This document shows positions 1 through 10,394 of a stretch of DNA of 64,000 bases, in pieces (positions within the stretch are counted from its first letter, which is position 1; every line of letters begins with the position of its first letter). Source of the DNA: Acidobacteriota bacterium. Its GTDB lineage: Bacteria > Acidobacteriota > UBA890 > WLXD01. The notes beneath the pieces are model-generated. The model saw only the letters and a list, made by a program, of their open reading frames with translations, was not told the DNA's origin and searched no databases. The stretch covers positions 416,001 to 480,000 of the forward strand of contig CAXWPL010000001.1 of NCBI GenBank assembly GCA_963666215.2, read 5' to 3'. Made by a program: the position numbers and the translations under genes.

Positions 1-730
1 GCGAGCGGCGCAACCAGCTCGTGCACCCGCCCTACAACGAGCCCGAGCTGCTCGCCGAGCGCGTCAATGAGGTGTGGTCGTGGGACATATCCAAACTGCG
101 AGGCCCTGCCAAGTGGACCTACTTCTACCTGTACGTCATCCTCGACGTGTTCAGCCGCTACGTGGTGGGCTGGACTCTCCAGCACCGCGAGAGCGGTCCC
201 TTGGCCGAGCAGCTCATCGACCAGGCGCTGCTCCAGCAACGCATCGGACCTGATCAGCTCACCATCCACGCCGACCGCGGCAGCTCGATGACCTCCAAGC
301 CGGTCGCCTTCCTGCTCGCCGATCTCGGGGTCACCAAGACACACTCGCGGCCCTACACCTCGTCGGACAATCCCTACTCGGAGGCCCACTTCAGGACGCT
401 CAAGTACCGACCCGAGTTCCCTGCTCGCTTCGAGTCGATCGAACACGCCCGTCTCTTTTGCCGCATGTTCTTCCACTGGTACAACCACCAGCATCGCCAC
501 TCGGGCATCGGCCTGATGACTCCGGCGACGGTGCAGGACGGGCTCGCCCAGCAGACCCGCGACCGGCGTGCCGAAGTCCTGCTGGCCGCCTACCGGGCGC
601 GACCTGAGCGCTTCGTCAACCACCCGCCCCGACCGCCGGCGATCCCCACCGCCGTCTGGATCAACAAGCCTGCCACCCTCGAGAATGCTCACTAATTACG
701 CGTGACCACCGTCTCATCCGCGTTGACACG
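1..730 (+). mobile_element. IS3-family insertion sequence, right part (cut by window edge)
   Basis: DDE transposase ORF followed by an IS3-type right end (gtctcatccgcgttgaca, ending near 728); exact end approximate. Confidence 0.8.
21..695 (+). CDS. IS3-family transposase, integrase core (5' partial)
   Basis: WSWDISKL, DVFSRYVVGW, IHADRGSSM, DNPYSEAHFRTLK motifs of the rve/DDE domain. Confidence 0.92.
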   Translation: MHPPYNEPELLAERVNEVWSWDISKLRGPAKWTYFYLYVILDVFSRYVVGWTLQHRESGPLAEQLIDQALLQQRIGPDQLTIHADRGSSMTSKPVAFLLADLGVTKTHSRPYTSSDNPYSEAHFRTLKYRPEFPARFESIEHARLFCRMFFHWYNHQHRHSGIGLMTPATVQDGLAQQTRDRRAEVLLAAYRARPERFVNHPPRPPAIPTAVWINKPATLENAH

Positions 731-761
731 ACGCGTCGGAGCAAGTTGATATCGCGATCAC

Positions 762-935
762 CTACTCCTCTACCTCGTCTCGAAGGGTGCTGATGTCACC
801 GCGCTCAACCGCGAGGGGCAATCCGTGGCTGACCTCGCCAACGGGCCCGTTCAGCGCATCCAGCCGTTTCCCGAGACGCTGACACTGCTCGAACGACTTG
901 GCGCCGACAATCACGACAACTGCGTCTCCTGCTAG
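762..935 (+). pseudogene. C-terminal remnant of an ankyrin-repeat protein
   Basis: Manual translation LLLYLVSKGADVTALNREGQSVADLANGPVQRIQPFPETLTLLERLGADNHDNCVSC*; ankyrin-like L.YLVSKGADV; no start codon. Confidence 0.7.
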
Positions 936-1078
936 ATATCTCCACGGACGTGGTCGAGGCGCTGGAACGTTTCCTCGAGGCGCGTGAGGATCTGGAGATC
1001 GCCCTCGAGCGTTTCCGCGACCCGAACGCCGAATGGGTCAACCACGACGACGTTCGACGTGAGCTCGACCTCGATTGA
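935..1078 (+). pseudogene. 5'-truncated RelB/CopG-like antitoxin
   Basis: Manual translation ...VEALERFLEAREDLEIALERFRDPNAEWVNHDDVRRELDLD*; acidic antitoxin-like tail overlapping the relE start. Confidence 0.65.
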
Positions 1079-1316
1079 GATCCGCTGGGAGCGGCGAGCT
1101 GTCAAGGAGCTTCGCGCGCTGCCCAAGGATAGTCAGCGCCGCGTGGTCAGCGCAGTCGAGACGCTCCGTCACGATCCACTCCGCGGTTCGATGCTACGCG
1201 CCGATCTCAAAGGCCTACGCCGCCTCCGCGTGGGTCGCTATCGCGTGATCTTCGCGTTCGATGGCACGGAGCTCCTCGTTTCAGTCGTCCGAGTGGGGCA
1301 CCGGCGGGACGTGTAG
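1059..1316 (+). CDS. relE: RelE/ParE-family toxin
   Basis: GTG start; AVKELRALP and LKGLRRLRVGRYRVIF...VVRVGHRRDV signature. Confidence 0.88.
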   Translation: MSSTSIEIRWERRAVKELRALPKDSQRRVVSAVETLRHDPLRGSMLRADLKGLRRLRVGRYRVIFAFDGTELLVSVVRVGHRRDV

Positions 1317-1425
1317 CGGTAGCCCGAGCGTCGCGCCCGCTTAGAGAGCCTGCCTTCGCTCCTCCGGCTACTCCGCGATAGCATGGCCACGCCGTCGGCT
1401 CTCCCCGCCGAACCGGAGACGAACC

Positions 1426-2442
1426 ATGCGACTCGGAACACTTCTGCTTTTTCTTGTGTTTCTGCTGCCGCAGGCACCCGCGGAGATCGAGCCCGCGGCT
1501 CTGGACGGGTACGGACCCTGGCGATTCGGGATGACCCGGGAGCAGGTCGAATCCGTGCTTCGAACAGGCGACCCCTATGCGCGCGGGCTGACGGACAGCG
1601 ACTTCCCTCGAGTGCAGGAGCTTGCCGACGGCGTGTACTCGTACGAGCAACTGCGATCGGCAAGCGACGAAAAGTTCACAACCGTGAGCATGTTCGTGGT
1701 GACCGACGAAGGTGTGCTCGTCGCCGACGGCCAGGGGACGCCAAACGAGACCCAGCTCCTGGTCGACACCATCGCGGGAATCACCGACCGGCCGATCACC
1801 CACGTGGTGGTGTGCTCGGACCACGGCGATCACACGGCCGGCAACATGGCCTTCCCCAACACCGCCGCGTTCTTCGCCCACCCGACCTCAAAGGCAACGC
1901 TCGAGACCATGGCGGCAGCGGATCGCCCCGGACCGGCGCCTCCGGTGATCGTTCCCACCGAGGTGGTCAACGGAGAGCGAGTGCTGCAACTCGGCGGTAG
2001 GGAAATCAGGCTCGTCTTTCTCGGCCGCGCGCACACCGGTGGAGATCTACACGTGTACTTGCCGGAAGAAAAGATCCTCTTCATGAGCGAGGCCTACCTC
2101 AACCGCATCTTCCCGGCGATGCGCTCGGCGTACCCGTCCGAATGGGTGACGGCGATCGAGCGAGCCCAGGAAATGGACGTCGACACCTACGTCCCGGGCC
2201 ACGGCTTCGTGGACTCGCCCGAGATCTTGCGCGAGGAGCTCGAGACCTACCGCTTGGCGCTACTACAAGTCATCGCCGAGGCTCAACGCCTGCACGCCGC
2301 GGGCCTCACCGCCGACGAAGCCGTTGAGCAAGCGGAATTCGGAGATCTGCAGAGTTGGTCGCTGAGCGCGAGCCAGGCCGGCACTGCGATCCGCCGTGTG
2401 TACCTGGAGCTCGAGGGCGAGCTACCCGCTCCCGTTCAATGA
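1426..2442 (+). CDS. Secreted MBL-fold metallo-hydrolase
   Basis: Signal peptide; SDHGDHTAGN, AHTGGD and VPGHG motifs. Confidence 0.85.
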   Translation: MRLGTLLLFLVFLLPQAPAEIEPAALDGYGPWRFGMTREQVESVLRTGDPYARGLTDSDFPRVQELADGVYSYEQLRSASDEKFTTVSMFVVTDEGVLVADGQGTPNETQLLVDTIAGITDRPITHVVVCSDHGDHTAGNMAFPNTAAFFAHPTSKATLETMAAADRPGPAPPVIVPTEVVNGERVLQLGGREIRLVFLGRAHTGGDLHVYLPEEKILFMSEAYLNRIFPAMRSAYPSEWVTAIERAQEMDVDTYVPGHGFVDSPEILREELETYRLALLQVIAEAQRLHAAGLTADEAVEQAEFGDLQSWSLSASQAGTAIRRVYLELEGELPAPVQ

Positions 2443-2555
2443 AGAAGCTCGCCGGCCGCGTGGCGCTGGTCTCGAGCAGCGGGCGAGGTATCGGGCGAGC
2501 GGTGGCGATCAAGCTCGCGAGTGAGGGCGCGACGGCGAGGCGGAGGCCGCGATGA
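2439..2555 (+). pseudogene. N-terminal stub of an SDR oxidoreductase
   Basis: MKKLAGRVALVSSSGRGIGRAVAIKLASEGA Rossmann start, ATGA overlap with upstream stop, then breaks off. Confidence 0.75.
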
Positions 2556-2607
2556 GCGTCAAGCGCGTGCGCCCGGAACGGTGTGGGAGTTGAGGCGTGG
2601 AGAGCGC

Positions 2608-3813
2608 TCAGTGCGTCCCGGCCGACTTGCGCTCCGAGACCGCGCGGTCGGCGCGGAAACGATCCATCGAGAACGGGGCGATCAGATCGGGAACGCGATC
2701 GGTGGCGATCAACTCGGCGAGCATGTAGGCGTTGACCGGCGTCAGCTTGAATCCCCAGGTGCCGAGACCGGTGTCGATCGTGAAGCGCTCGATGGGCGTG
2801 CGTCCCATGATCGGCGAGTAGTCGGGCGTCATGTCACAGATCCCGGCCCACTGCCGGAGGATGCGGAGCTTTGCCGTCCACGGGCAGAGATCCATCAAAC
2901 GATTGGAAGCTGACGACAGAAAGGGCCACGTCGAGCGCGTGTTGTAGCTCGGATACGGATCGATCTCGGCGCCCACCAGCACCTCGCCGCGCGACGTTTG
3001 CGACACGTAGAAGTGCAGATCGTCGGATGCCACGACACGATCGAGCACCGGCTTGTACGACTCGGTGACGAAAGCCTGTAGCGGGTGCGACGAGATGGGC
3101 AAGCGAATACCGAGCTTGGTCGTGATGGTCGACACGAAGCCGCCCAAGGCAGCGTGCACGGCGCCCGCTGTCACCGTCCCGTCCGGCGTCTCGATACCGA
3201 CCGCGCGCCCGTTCTCAACCAGCACATCCAGCACCGGCGCGCCCTGGTGGATGTCGACGCCCGCCTGGTAGGCGCGCGACGCATAGCCCCAGGCGACGCC
3301 GTCGTGACGACTCGCCTTGCCGCGCGGATGGTAGGCGCCGCCAAGAATCGGGCGCTCGCCGCACTGCATGTCGATCACCGGGCAGATCTTGTGGATCTCT
3401 TCGGGCGTCAGCAGGTTGGTCTCCACACCGAACTGCTGGTTGATCGAGGCGCGTTCGGCCTGGCTGTCGAGCGTGTGCGGTGAGTGCGCCAGCCACAGCA
3501 GGCCGCGCTGCGAGATCATCAGGTTGAAGTCGAGCTCACGCGACAGTTCCTCGTACATCTCGAGGCTGCGCTGGTACAGCGGCACCGTCTCGGGAGCGAT
3601 GTAGTTCGAACGAATGACTGTGGTGTTGCGGCCAGTGCCACCGCCACCGATGTAGCCGCGCTCGAAAACCGCGACGTTGGTGATGCCGTGTTGCTTGGCC
3701 AGGTAGTAGGCGCATCCCAGTCCGTGGCCACCGCCGCCGATGATGATGACGTCGTAGTGGCTCTTGACCGGCCGGGTTCCGAGAAACACCTGTTCGCGGA
3801 AGAAGCCACTCAC
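2608..3813 (-). CDS. soxB: Sarcosine oxidase beta-like FAD-dependent oxidoreductase
   Basis: IIGGGGHGL, GGGTGRNTTVIRSNY, QWAGICDMTPDYSPIMG, GTWGFK; GTG start overlaps upstream stop. Confidence 0.88.
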   Translation of the reverse strand: MSGFFREQVFLGTRPVKSHYDVIIIGGGGHGLGCAYYLAKQHGITNVAVFERGYIGGGGTGRNTTVIRSNYIAPETVPLYQRSLEMYEELSRELDFNLMISQRGLLWLAHSPHTLDSQAERASINQQFGVETNLLTPEEIHKICPVIDMQCGERPILGGAYHPRGKASRHDGVAWGYASRAYQAGVDIHQGAPVLDVLVENGRAVGIETPDGTVTAGAVHAALGGFVSTITTKLGIRLPISSHPLQAFVTESYKPVLDRVVASDDLHFYVSQTSRGEVLVGAEIDPYPSYNTRSTWPFLSSASNRLMDLCPWTAKLRILRQWAGICDMTPDYSPIMGRTPIERFTIDTGLGTWGFKLTPVNAYMLAELIATDRVPDLIAPFSMDRFRADRAVSERKSAGTH

Positions 3814-4586
3814 TCTTCTGGCCTCCCATCGGCCGGCGACGAGCTCGGAGTCGGGCCGCCTATCCGGATCCAATCGGTGGGCAACTCGAACTCCCATGTC
3901 GGGCCCACCTCGGGCGCGAGGTCGCCGCACATCTGCAGCACGCGGTCGCGCACGTGATGGCCGACGAGCGAGTTCACCATCAGGCACAGCCGATCGGGCA
4001 GCGCCAACACCTTCGAGCCCACGCTGCAGAGCCCACCCTGCGCGAATCCTGGCCGTGCGGAACGCAGCGGAACCGCTGAGAGACGCTCGAACGCGGCTTG
4101 CGCGCCAGATTGAGCATCCGGTTGTGCGGCGGCCTCGGAAGGATCGAACGGCGTGAGCGACCAGATCGACCAGGCATCGGTCATCGGCATGACCAGAGCG
4201 TTGGCATCGGTTTCGTGCAACAAGGCGGCCGCTGCCGCCGCGATCGAATCCGTGGCCGATGGCGGACCGACGAGAAGAACCTCATCCGCAGCAACACGGA
4301 CGGCCAACGCGCCCGCAATCGATCGCGGCGTACGGGAGCCGTCAGAATCACCGACGTCACGCGAGCGTGCGCTGGCCGCCAAACCTTCGGCGGACGGTCG
4401 GGCGGAGGGTCCCGCGTAAGAGCGTAGGCCACCCAACCGATCCATCGCAGGCGGCGCCCCGAGACACAACACCACGGATGCCGACACCGGACAGAGCTCC
4501 AGGTCTCGAGTCGGGGGAGTCGGGGGAGTCGGGGTCGGCGGTACCGGCGGGGTTGGAGGAGCGGGGGGAGTTGGCGCTTCAGGCAC
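3810..4586 (-). CDS. soxG: Sarcosine oxidase gamma-like subunit with Pro/Thr-rich N-terminus
   Basis: Lies between alpha and beta with overlapping start/stop; RVAADEVLLVG, MTDAWSIWSL, GFAQG; start inferred. Confidence 0.6.
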   Translation of the reverse strand: MPEAPTPPAPPTPPVPPTPTPPTPPTRDLELCPVSASVVLCLGAPPAMDRLGGLRSYAGPSARPSAEGLAASARSRDVGDSDGSRTPRSIAGALAVRVAADEVLLVGPPSATDSIAAAAAALLHETDANALVMPMTDAWSIWSLTPFDPSEAAAQPDAQSGAQAAFERLSAVPLRSARPGFAQGGLCSVGSKVLALPDRLCLMVNSLVGHHVRDRVLQMCGDLAPEVGPTWEFELPTDWIRIGGPTPSSSPADGRPEE

Positions 4587-6863
4587 GGACTCGCACTCCC
4601 TTCGGGTCGTAGAACGGCAGCTCGGTGACCGTCCCGCGACGACCTTCGGCATCGACGACCTCGGGGAAACGCCCGTTCCTGCGCCGCAGCCAGCCCAGCG
4701 CCACCCCTTGCCGCAGCGTGGGTGAGTAGCCGGAGGAGCTCAGGTAGCCAGCGTACTCCCCGTCGACGGTAAGAGTGGTGCCTTGCAGCGGTGCCGACTC
4801 GCCCGGGAACACGACACCGACGAGCTTCTTGTCGATGTCGTTGGCCGCCATACGCTCGAGCGCCGTCCGGCCCACGAAGTACTGCTTTCCCATCTTCACC
4901 GACCAGCTCATGCCCACCTTGGCCGGCGTGCAATCGAAGTCGGTATCCATGCCCACGACAATGTGGCCCTTCTCGAGTCGCAGCAGCAGCAGCGGATCTA
5001 GCCCATGCGGTCGAAGGCCCATCGGCCTGCCGGCCACCGAGAGCGCGTCCCAAAGCTCCACGCTGCGCCCGCTCGGGTGGTGCAGCTCGAAGCCGAGCTC
5101 GCCAACGAACCCGAGTCGAAGAGCGCGGCACTCCACACCGGCCACGCGGATCTCGCGATGCGTGGCGAAGGGAAACGATTCTGCGTCAATCGGGTCGTCG
5201 CAAATCGTGGCGAGCAACTCGCGCGAGCGCGGACCGGCGAGGTTGATCGCTCCGACAGATGCGGTTTGGTTGACGATGTGGACGCGCAGTCCCCAGATTT
5301 CGGCCCAATCCTTGAGCCACCCCTCACCCTGCTCCGCTCCGGCGCTCGTGAAGGTGACGTAGTAGCTGTCGGGGTCGCGCGCGATCGGACAGACGAGGCC
5401 GTCGTCGAAGATATAGCCGGCCTCGTTGAGGACGATCGTGTAGCGCAGCCGACCCGCGGCGAGATCGCCGACGTGGCACGGATAGATGCGCTCGAGAAAC
5501 TCGGTGGCGTCTGGCCCGGCGATCAGGAACTTACCCAGCGTACCGACATCCATGATGCTGACGCCGTTGCGCACCGCGTCGTATTCGGCGTCCTCATCGC
5601 CGTAGTGGATGGGGCGTTTCCAAGCGCCGAACCAACCCATCGTGGCGCCCTGCTCGAGATGCCGATCGTGAAGGCTCGAGCGCAGCTCGACGACGTACCG
5701 CAGCTCGACGACGTACCGCAGCCCGGCCGCGGCGTCTTGCACCCGCACCGGACGCGCTGGAGGCCGCGCCGTGGTGGCCTTCGAGAACGGCTGCTGCGGC
5801 AGTCGTTCGGTCACGAACGCTCGCATGTGGCCGTGGCACATCGCCCCCTGGCAAGGGCCCATCGTTGCGGTGGTGTAGCGCTTGAGTAACTCGGTGGACT
5901 GGTATCCCTCGTTCCAGGCGGCCTCGAACTCCTTGCGGGTCACGTCCTCACACAGGCAAACGATGCCGTCGCCACACGAGCTCGGCAGTGGTCCGGCCTC
6001 CGGTTTCTGCGCCGCGTAAGGATCGACCGTCAGCGGACCGTCAGCGAAGTTGACCGCCCCTTTTTCGTCGGACCTGTCGGGTCTGGCGGCGCGCTGGCCG
6101 CTGGTGGTCGCGGCTTCGAGCGAGCATCCAGGGAGCACGACCTCGCCCGCTCCGGCCACGGGCTCACTCACCGCCTGTCGCAGCAGCCCGGCGCGAGGCT
6201 GCAGCCCCAGGGACATCACGACCGCGTCGCAAGCAATCGCCTCGGTGCCACCTCCCGTGTCAACAGCAACGGCGCTCACACGCTTGCTGCCGAGCGCACG
6301 AACAAGCCGCGCGCCCGCAAGAACGCGAGCGTCGACTGCGAAGCTGGGGGCCAACTCCTCGGTGGTCACCACGGCAGCGAGTTTCATTCCCGCCGACACG
6401 AGCGTCGCGGCGTGCGCCGGACTCTCGGCGGTCAAGCCCACAAAAACCGCTGTCTCACCCGGCGCCAGACCGTGAACCCCGGCCATACGCGCGGCACCGC
6501 GTCCGAGCCAGATCCCCGGAAGATCGCTGCCGGGAAAAACCGCGTGCTCTTCGACGGCTCCGGTAGCCACCACGACGCGCCTCGGGTGCACCAGCCACGG
6601 TCAAAGTCGGCAGATGGCCAGGCGTTCTCCCGCCTCACGGTTTGGCCCGCGACCGCCGGGGTACAGCAAGCCTTCAGTGCAGGCTCCTTGTTGACGCTCA
6701 CCATGCAATTGGGACAGTCCCCAGTGAGGCAGTAGAGACCGCGGCGGCGGTGGTACTTGAAGGAACGCGAGAACGTCGACACGCCGGCGCGATGCAGCGC
6801 CGAGGCAATCGTGTCGCCTTCAGCGATCTCGACCTTGCGGCCTTCGAAGCTCAGCACGGCCAT
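4579..6863 (-). pseudogene. soxA: Sarcosine oxidase alpha-like subunit (2Fe-2S, FAD/NAD, BFD-like, GcvT domains), broken near 6595
   Basis: ORF 6432-6863 (SRSFKYHRRRGLYCLTGDCPNC) and ORF 4579-6591 (VVVATGAVE, CLCEDV..MGPCQG, DVGTLGK, RLEKGH) are in different frames with intervening sequence apparently missing. Confidence 0.8.
5681..5722. repeat. 18-bp in-frame tandem duplication
   Basis: cgcagctcgacgacgtac x2 plus partial copy, giving RYVVELRYVVELR. Confidence 0.9.
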
Positions 6864-6963
6864 GCGATGGTCGCTCGTTGCACGGCCACGGAAACGATCT
6901 CACCCCACGCTCCAGCGTTCGCCCGCGAACGAGGGTCGAAACCCGACACATCGACGCCACGAC

Positions 6964-7221
6964 TCACACGGGTTCGCCTTCGACGAGCCGCACGAAACGA
7001 TTCGTGCGCGTGTCGCGTTCGAACGTCAGCCAGCGCCGACACCCCTGGGCGTGGAACCAGCGCTCCAGCTGCACTCCCGGCCGGTTGTCGCGCATCCATA
7101 CGCGGTCGAAGTTAGCCTCGATGCTCTCGCGCGCCGTGGGAACGGGATGCACTTCGCCCGAGCACCAGAACTCGGTGAACGGCCTTTCGCCACAATGCGG
7201 GCACGGGACTCGTAGGGCCAT
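6964..7221 (-). CDS. soxD: Sarcosine oxidase delta subunit
   Basis: CPHCGERPFTEF...ERWFHAQGCRRW...RDTRTN zinc-binding pattern. Confidence 0.9.
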   Translation of the reverse strand: MALRVPCPHCGERPFTEFWCSGEVHPVPTARESIEANFDRVWMRDNRPGVQLERWFHAQGCRRWLTFERDTRTNRFVRLVEGEPV

Positions 7222-7351
7222 GGATTGGAGTGGATTGGAAGCTCGTCCTTGCGAAATCTTGCTTGGCCACTATAGGCTAAGACACCTTACCAAAACATGC
7301 CAATCAACGTCCCGGGCGCGCTCCCCGCTCCCCTTCTTTGGATCTTCTCTG

Positions 7352-8098
7352 ATGTTCCACCGGATCGAGACCCGTCGATCCTTTGAGGAAGCGGTCGAGC
7401 AGGTATCGCAAGCACTCCGCGCCGGCGACCTGCAGGCAGGCGACAAGCTCCCGTCGGAGCGCGACCTCGCAATGCTGATGGGTATCAGCCGTCCGACGGT
7501 GCGCGAGGCCATCAAGCTGCTGGGCGACGCCGGCGTCGTCGAAGTGCGCCCGGGCAAGCAGGGCGGCACGTTCGTTGTGTCGGCGCTTGTTCCGAAGAAC
7601 CTGCTCGACGAACGCTCCGATCTTCGGCTGGCGGAGGTGGCCGGTGTGCTCGAGGCCCGGCGACTGTTCGAGCCGCGTGTCGCGCAGCTTGCCGCGTTGC
7701 GCGGCACCGATGATGACTTCGAGGCGTTACGGCAAACCATCGCGCAACAGAAACAAGCTGCCGACAATCACGAGCTCGGCTTGCAGCTCGACCTGCGGTT
7801 CCACTTGCGGATTGCCCGCGCGACACAGAACCCGACGCTCGTGGCGATGATGCGGTACCTGCTCAAACAGCTCGAGATCGCCCGCGACATGGCGCTGCAC
7901 GACGAGCTCGAGTCGCAGCACGCCGTCGCCATCCACGAGCGCACGCTCGAAGCGATCCTGAGTGGCGACCCCGAGCGCGTAGAGATCGCCATGGATGAGC
8001 ACATGGGCTTCCTCGAGCGAATCTGGGAGCAAGAGAGCGGTCGCTCGCGGCTGCGCCGCACTCCCGACTTCTTGTTGCCCTATGCGGAGCGTGTCTAG
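7352..8098 (+). CDS. GntR/FadR-family transcriptional regulator
   Basis: LPSERDLA..GISRPTVREA wHTH plus FCD domain; divergent from the sox operon. Confidence 0.92.
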   Translation: MFHRIETRRSFEEAVEQVSQALRAGDLQAGDKLPSERDLAMLMGISRPTVREAIKLLGDAGVVEVRPGKQGGTFVVSALVPKNLLDERSDLRLAEVAGVLEARRLFEPRVAQLAALRGTDDDFEALRQTIAQQKQAADNHELGLQLDLRFHLRIARATQNPTLVAMMRYLLKQLEIARDMALHDELESQHAVAIHERTLEAILSGDPERVEIAMDEHMGFLERIWEQESGRSRLRRTPDFLLPYAERV

Positions 8099-8167
8099 CA
8101 GGGCGGGCCGAATGCCGCCAGCGCCGGACTCGCCACTGAGACCCGACCGCCGAATGGAGGACTCCCC

Positions 8168-8410
8168 TTGCATCTACTTCATGGACGGCGCCGCAGCGTC
8201 GCGCTCCTCGTCTTCCTCCTGTTGCCGCTCCCGGCTCTCGCGCAAGAGCTCATCGAGCGCTACGGGGGCGTGAAGTGGACCATCAAGTCGGGCCGCGTCT
8301 ACGACGCTGAGGCGCTGCTATCCGATGTCCGATTGATGGTCCATCAGGACAAAGAACGCCTCGGCATTCCGCCTGGCCCAATGCGGTGGGTCGACCAGGA
8401 ACAGCCGTAG
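8168..8410 (+). pseudogene. Internally deleted amidohydrolase (signal peptide joined to C-terminal tail)
   Basis: RBS ggagg, signal peptide, then GGVKWTIKSGRVYDAEALLSDVRLMV resembling the tail of the adjacent amidohydrolase (GIVYTIKDGVVVDNAKVMEEVARMV). Confidence 0.7.
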
Positions 8411-8481
8411 CCACCGCGGCCGACTTGGCAAGGAGGGAGCCACGGCCACGAGATCTGCCGCGAACTCGTGCTTCAGCGACC

Positions 8482-10200
8482 TCAGCGCTCCTGCCCCGAT
8501 TCGGGACGCTGGAACGACTCCGTCGGCGGACGCATCATCCATTCGGGGAACGGCAAGAACGGCGAGTTCACCACATCGGGGCCGGCGTCTTTTTTCGACT
8601 CGGCCACCATGCGCGCGACCTCTTCCATGACCTTGGCGTTGTCAACCACGACGCCGTCTTTGATCGTGTAGACGATGCCCTGCGTCCTGTACATGCTGTG
8701 ATCCGGGTTCTTGCGGATAGCCCCGAACGGATAGAGATACCGCAAGTTCTCCGCCGGGTTGCCATCGACGATCAGCAGGTCGGCCAGATACCCGGGCCGT
8801 ACGAGACCGAGGTTCTTCTCGCCCAGGATCTCGGCGCTGTTCTGATTGGCTGAGCGCAGCACCTCGAGCGAATGCAGACCGGCTTCGCGCAGCAACTGCA
8901 GCTCGCGGATGTTGCCGAAGCCACCGGTGGACCACTGGTAGTTGTCGTCGGTGCCGAAGACGACCTTGCCACCGCGCTTGTTGAACTCGAAGATGAGCTC
9001 GCCCCACAGGTTGTACATGTACTGCCAGTAGTACTCGTCGTCCGACGTCCAGTCGTAGTGGAAAACGGCGTGGTTGCGCGGGTTCGGCAGGTGCATGTCC
9101 CACAGCGCCTGGTGGGTGTACTTCTCATGCCACGGCAGGCTCATGCCACGTATGACGTCGCGGTTGGCCTCGTAGGTGGAGCGATTCGGCTGCATCATGA
9201 CGCCGCTGTCGACCAGCTTCTGCACGACCTCGGTGAGCAATCGCTTGCGGGTCTCGGGGTTCTTGCCGACCTCGAGCCATACTCGCGCAGCCTCGCGAAA
9301 ACGCTCGTTCTCGTCGTAGAAATCGTAGTCGCGTGGGTAGTCCTGCACCTGGCGATCGAGAGCCGACTCGGCGTAGCCGTAGTGGTGCACGATCATCGTC
9401 ACGCCGAGCTCGGCCGCGTCGAGCGCATTGACCACCGACGTGCTCGACGGCTGGATGTGCACCGCCGTGATTCCGCCCGCCGCTTTCACGGCTTGGGCCG
9501 CGGCGCCGAACAGCTCGCGGTTCCAGCACAGCGAGTTCAGATAGACCTGGCGCGCCCCGGCGTCGACCATGGCCTGGGCAATCTCGGGAGCCATGGCCGG
9601 ATCTACCAGCTCCTCGGGGGAAAAGCTGACACCCTGACCCCACGACCAAAGCGGAAACATACGCGGCGCGAGAATTTCGTTGCGCGCGCTGCGCCCGGCT
9701 TCGGTCATGACCTCGTCGAGACCGCGGTCGGATGCCGGGCCGACCGTGGTGACGCCGGTAGCGAGCTGCAGATAGTAGACGTACTCGAGAGGCAGCGGCT
9801 CCTCACGGAGGTGCAGGTGGAGGTTGATCAAGCCCGGCATGACGTGTTTGCCGGTAGCGTCGATCACGCGATCGCCCTCGAGACGTTCCCATTCATCCTC
9901 CGGCGTGTAGGGATCGAAGCGGCGCATTTCCGTGATGAGGTTGCCCTCGATCAGGATGTCGTAGGTCCCCACCGACGGGCCGCCGTGGCCGGGCAGCACG
10001 TTGGCGCCGCGGATGACCAGGCGCTCGTAGGGCCCCTCCGCCATGTCGCCGAACTGCCGGGCGTTCGCAGCTTCGCGGCGAATCGCGGTAATCGGCTCTT
10101 GTCCCGTCGCCGGAACCGAATAGGCGAGCGTGGGCAGCAGAAGTGCGATCAGGGTCGGAATCGAAGCGGCGCGCGACGACCTCGCGGTTCTGTTTGGCAT
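8482..10200 (-). CDS. Secreted amidohydrolase-family protein
   Basis: Signal peptide; VMPGLINLHLH, FGTDD, GLVRPGYLADLLIVDGNP. Confidence 0.88.
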   Translation of the reverse strand: MPNRTARSSRAASIPTLIALLLPTLAYSVPATGQEPITAIRREAANARQFGDMAEGPYERLVIRGANVLPGHGGPSVGTYDILIEGNLITEMRRFDPYTPEDEWERLEGDRVIDATGKHVMPGLINLHLHLREEPLPLEYVYYLQLATGVTTVGPASDRGLDEVMTEAGRSARNEILAPRMFPLWSWGQGVSFSPEELVDPAMAPEIAQAMVDAGARQVYLNSLCWNRELFGAAAQAVKAAGGITAVHIQPSSTSVVNALDAAELGVTMIVHHYGYAESALDRQVQDYPRDYDFYDENERFREAARVWLEVGKNPETRKRLLTEVVQKLVDSGVMMQPNRSTYEANRDVIRGMSLPWHEKYTHQALWDMHLPNPRNHAVFHYDWTSDDEYYWQYMYNLWGELIFEFNKRGGKVVFGTDDNYQWSTGGFGNIRELQLLREAGLHSLEVLRSANQNSAEILGEKNLGLVRPGYLADLLIVDGNPAENLRYLYPFGAIRKNPDHSMYRTQGIVYTIKDGVVVDNAKVMEEVARMVAESKKDAGPDVVNSPFLPFPEWMMRPPTESFQRPESGQER

Positions 10201-10394
10201 GGTGACTCCGCTGTTGGATGGACGGCAGGTAGCCGAAGCATAGTGCGTTCGCCTGGACAGCTCCGCCTCGTTGACTACAATCGCCCCCGACTCAGAAATT
10301 TCGATCTCGCCCTCGAGCTACGAGCGCGAATGAGCCCTCGACTCCCGGCGAGCCCACGCCGTCCGTCGGGCGCTCGCGGCGCCGGAGGATCATC

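Noticed and set aside
4505-4578. G-rich short repeats as a regulatory or G-quadruplex element
   Set aside because: Explained as the Pro/Thr low-complexity coding stretch of the gamma subunit
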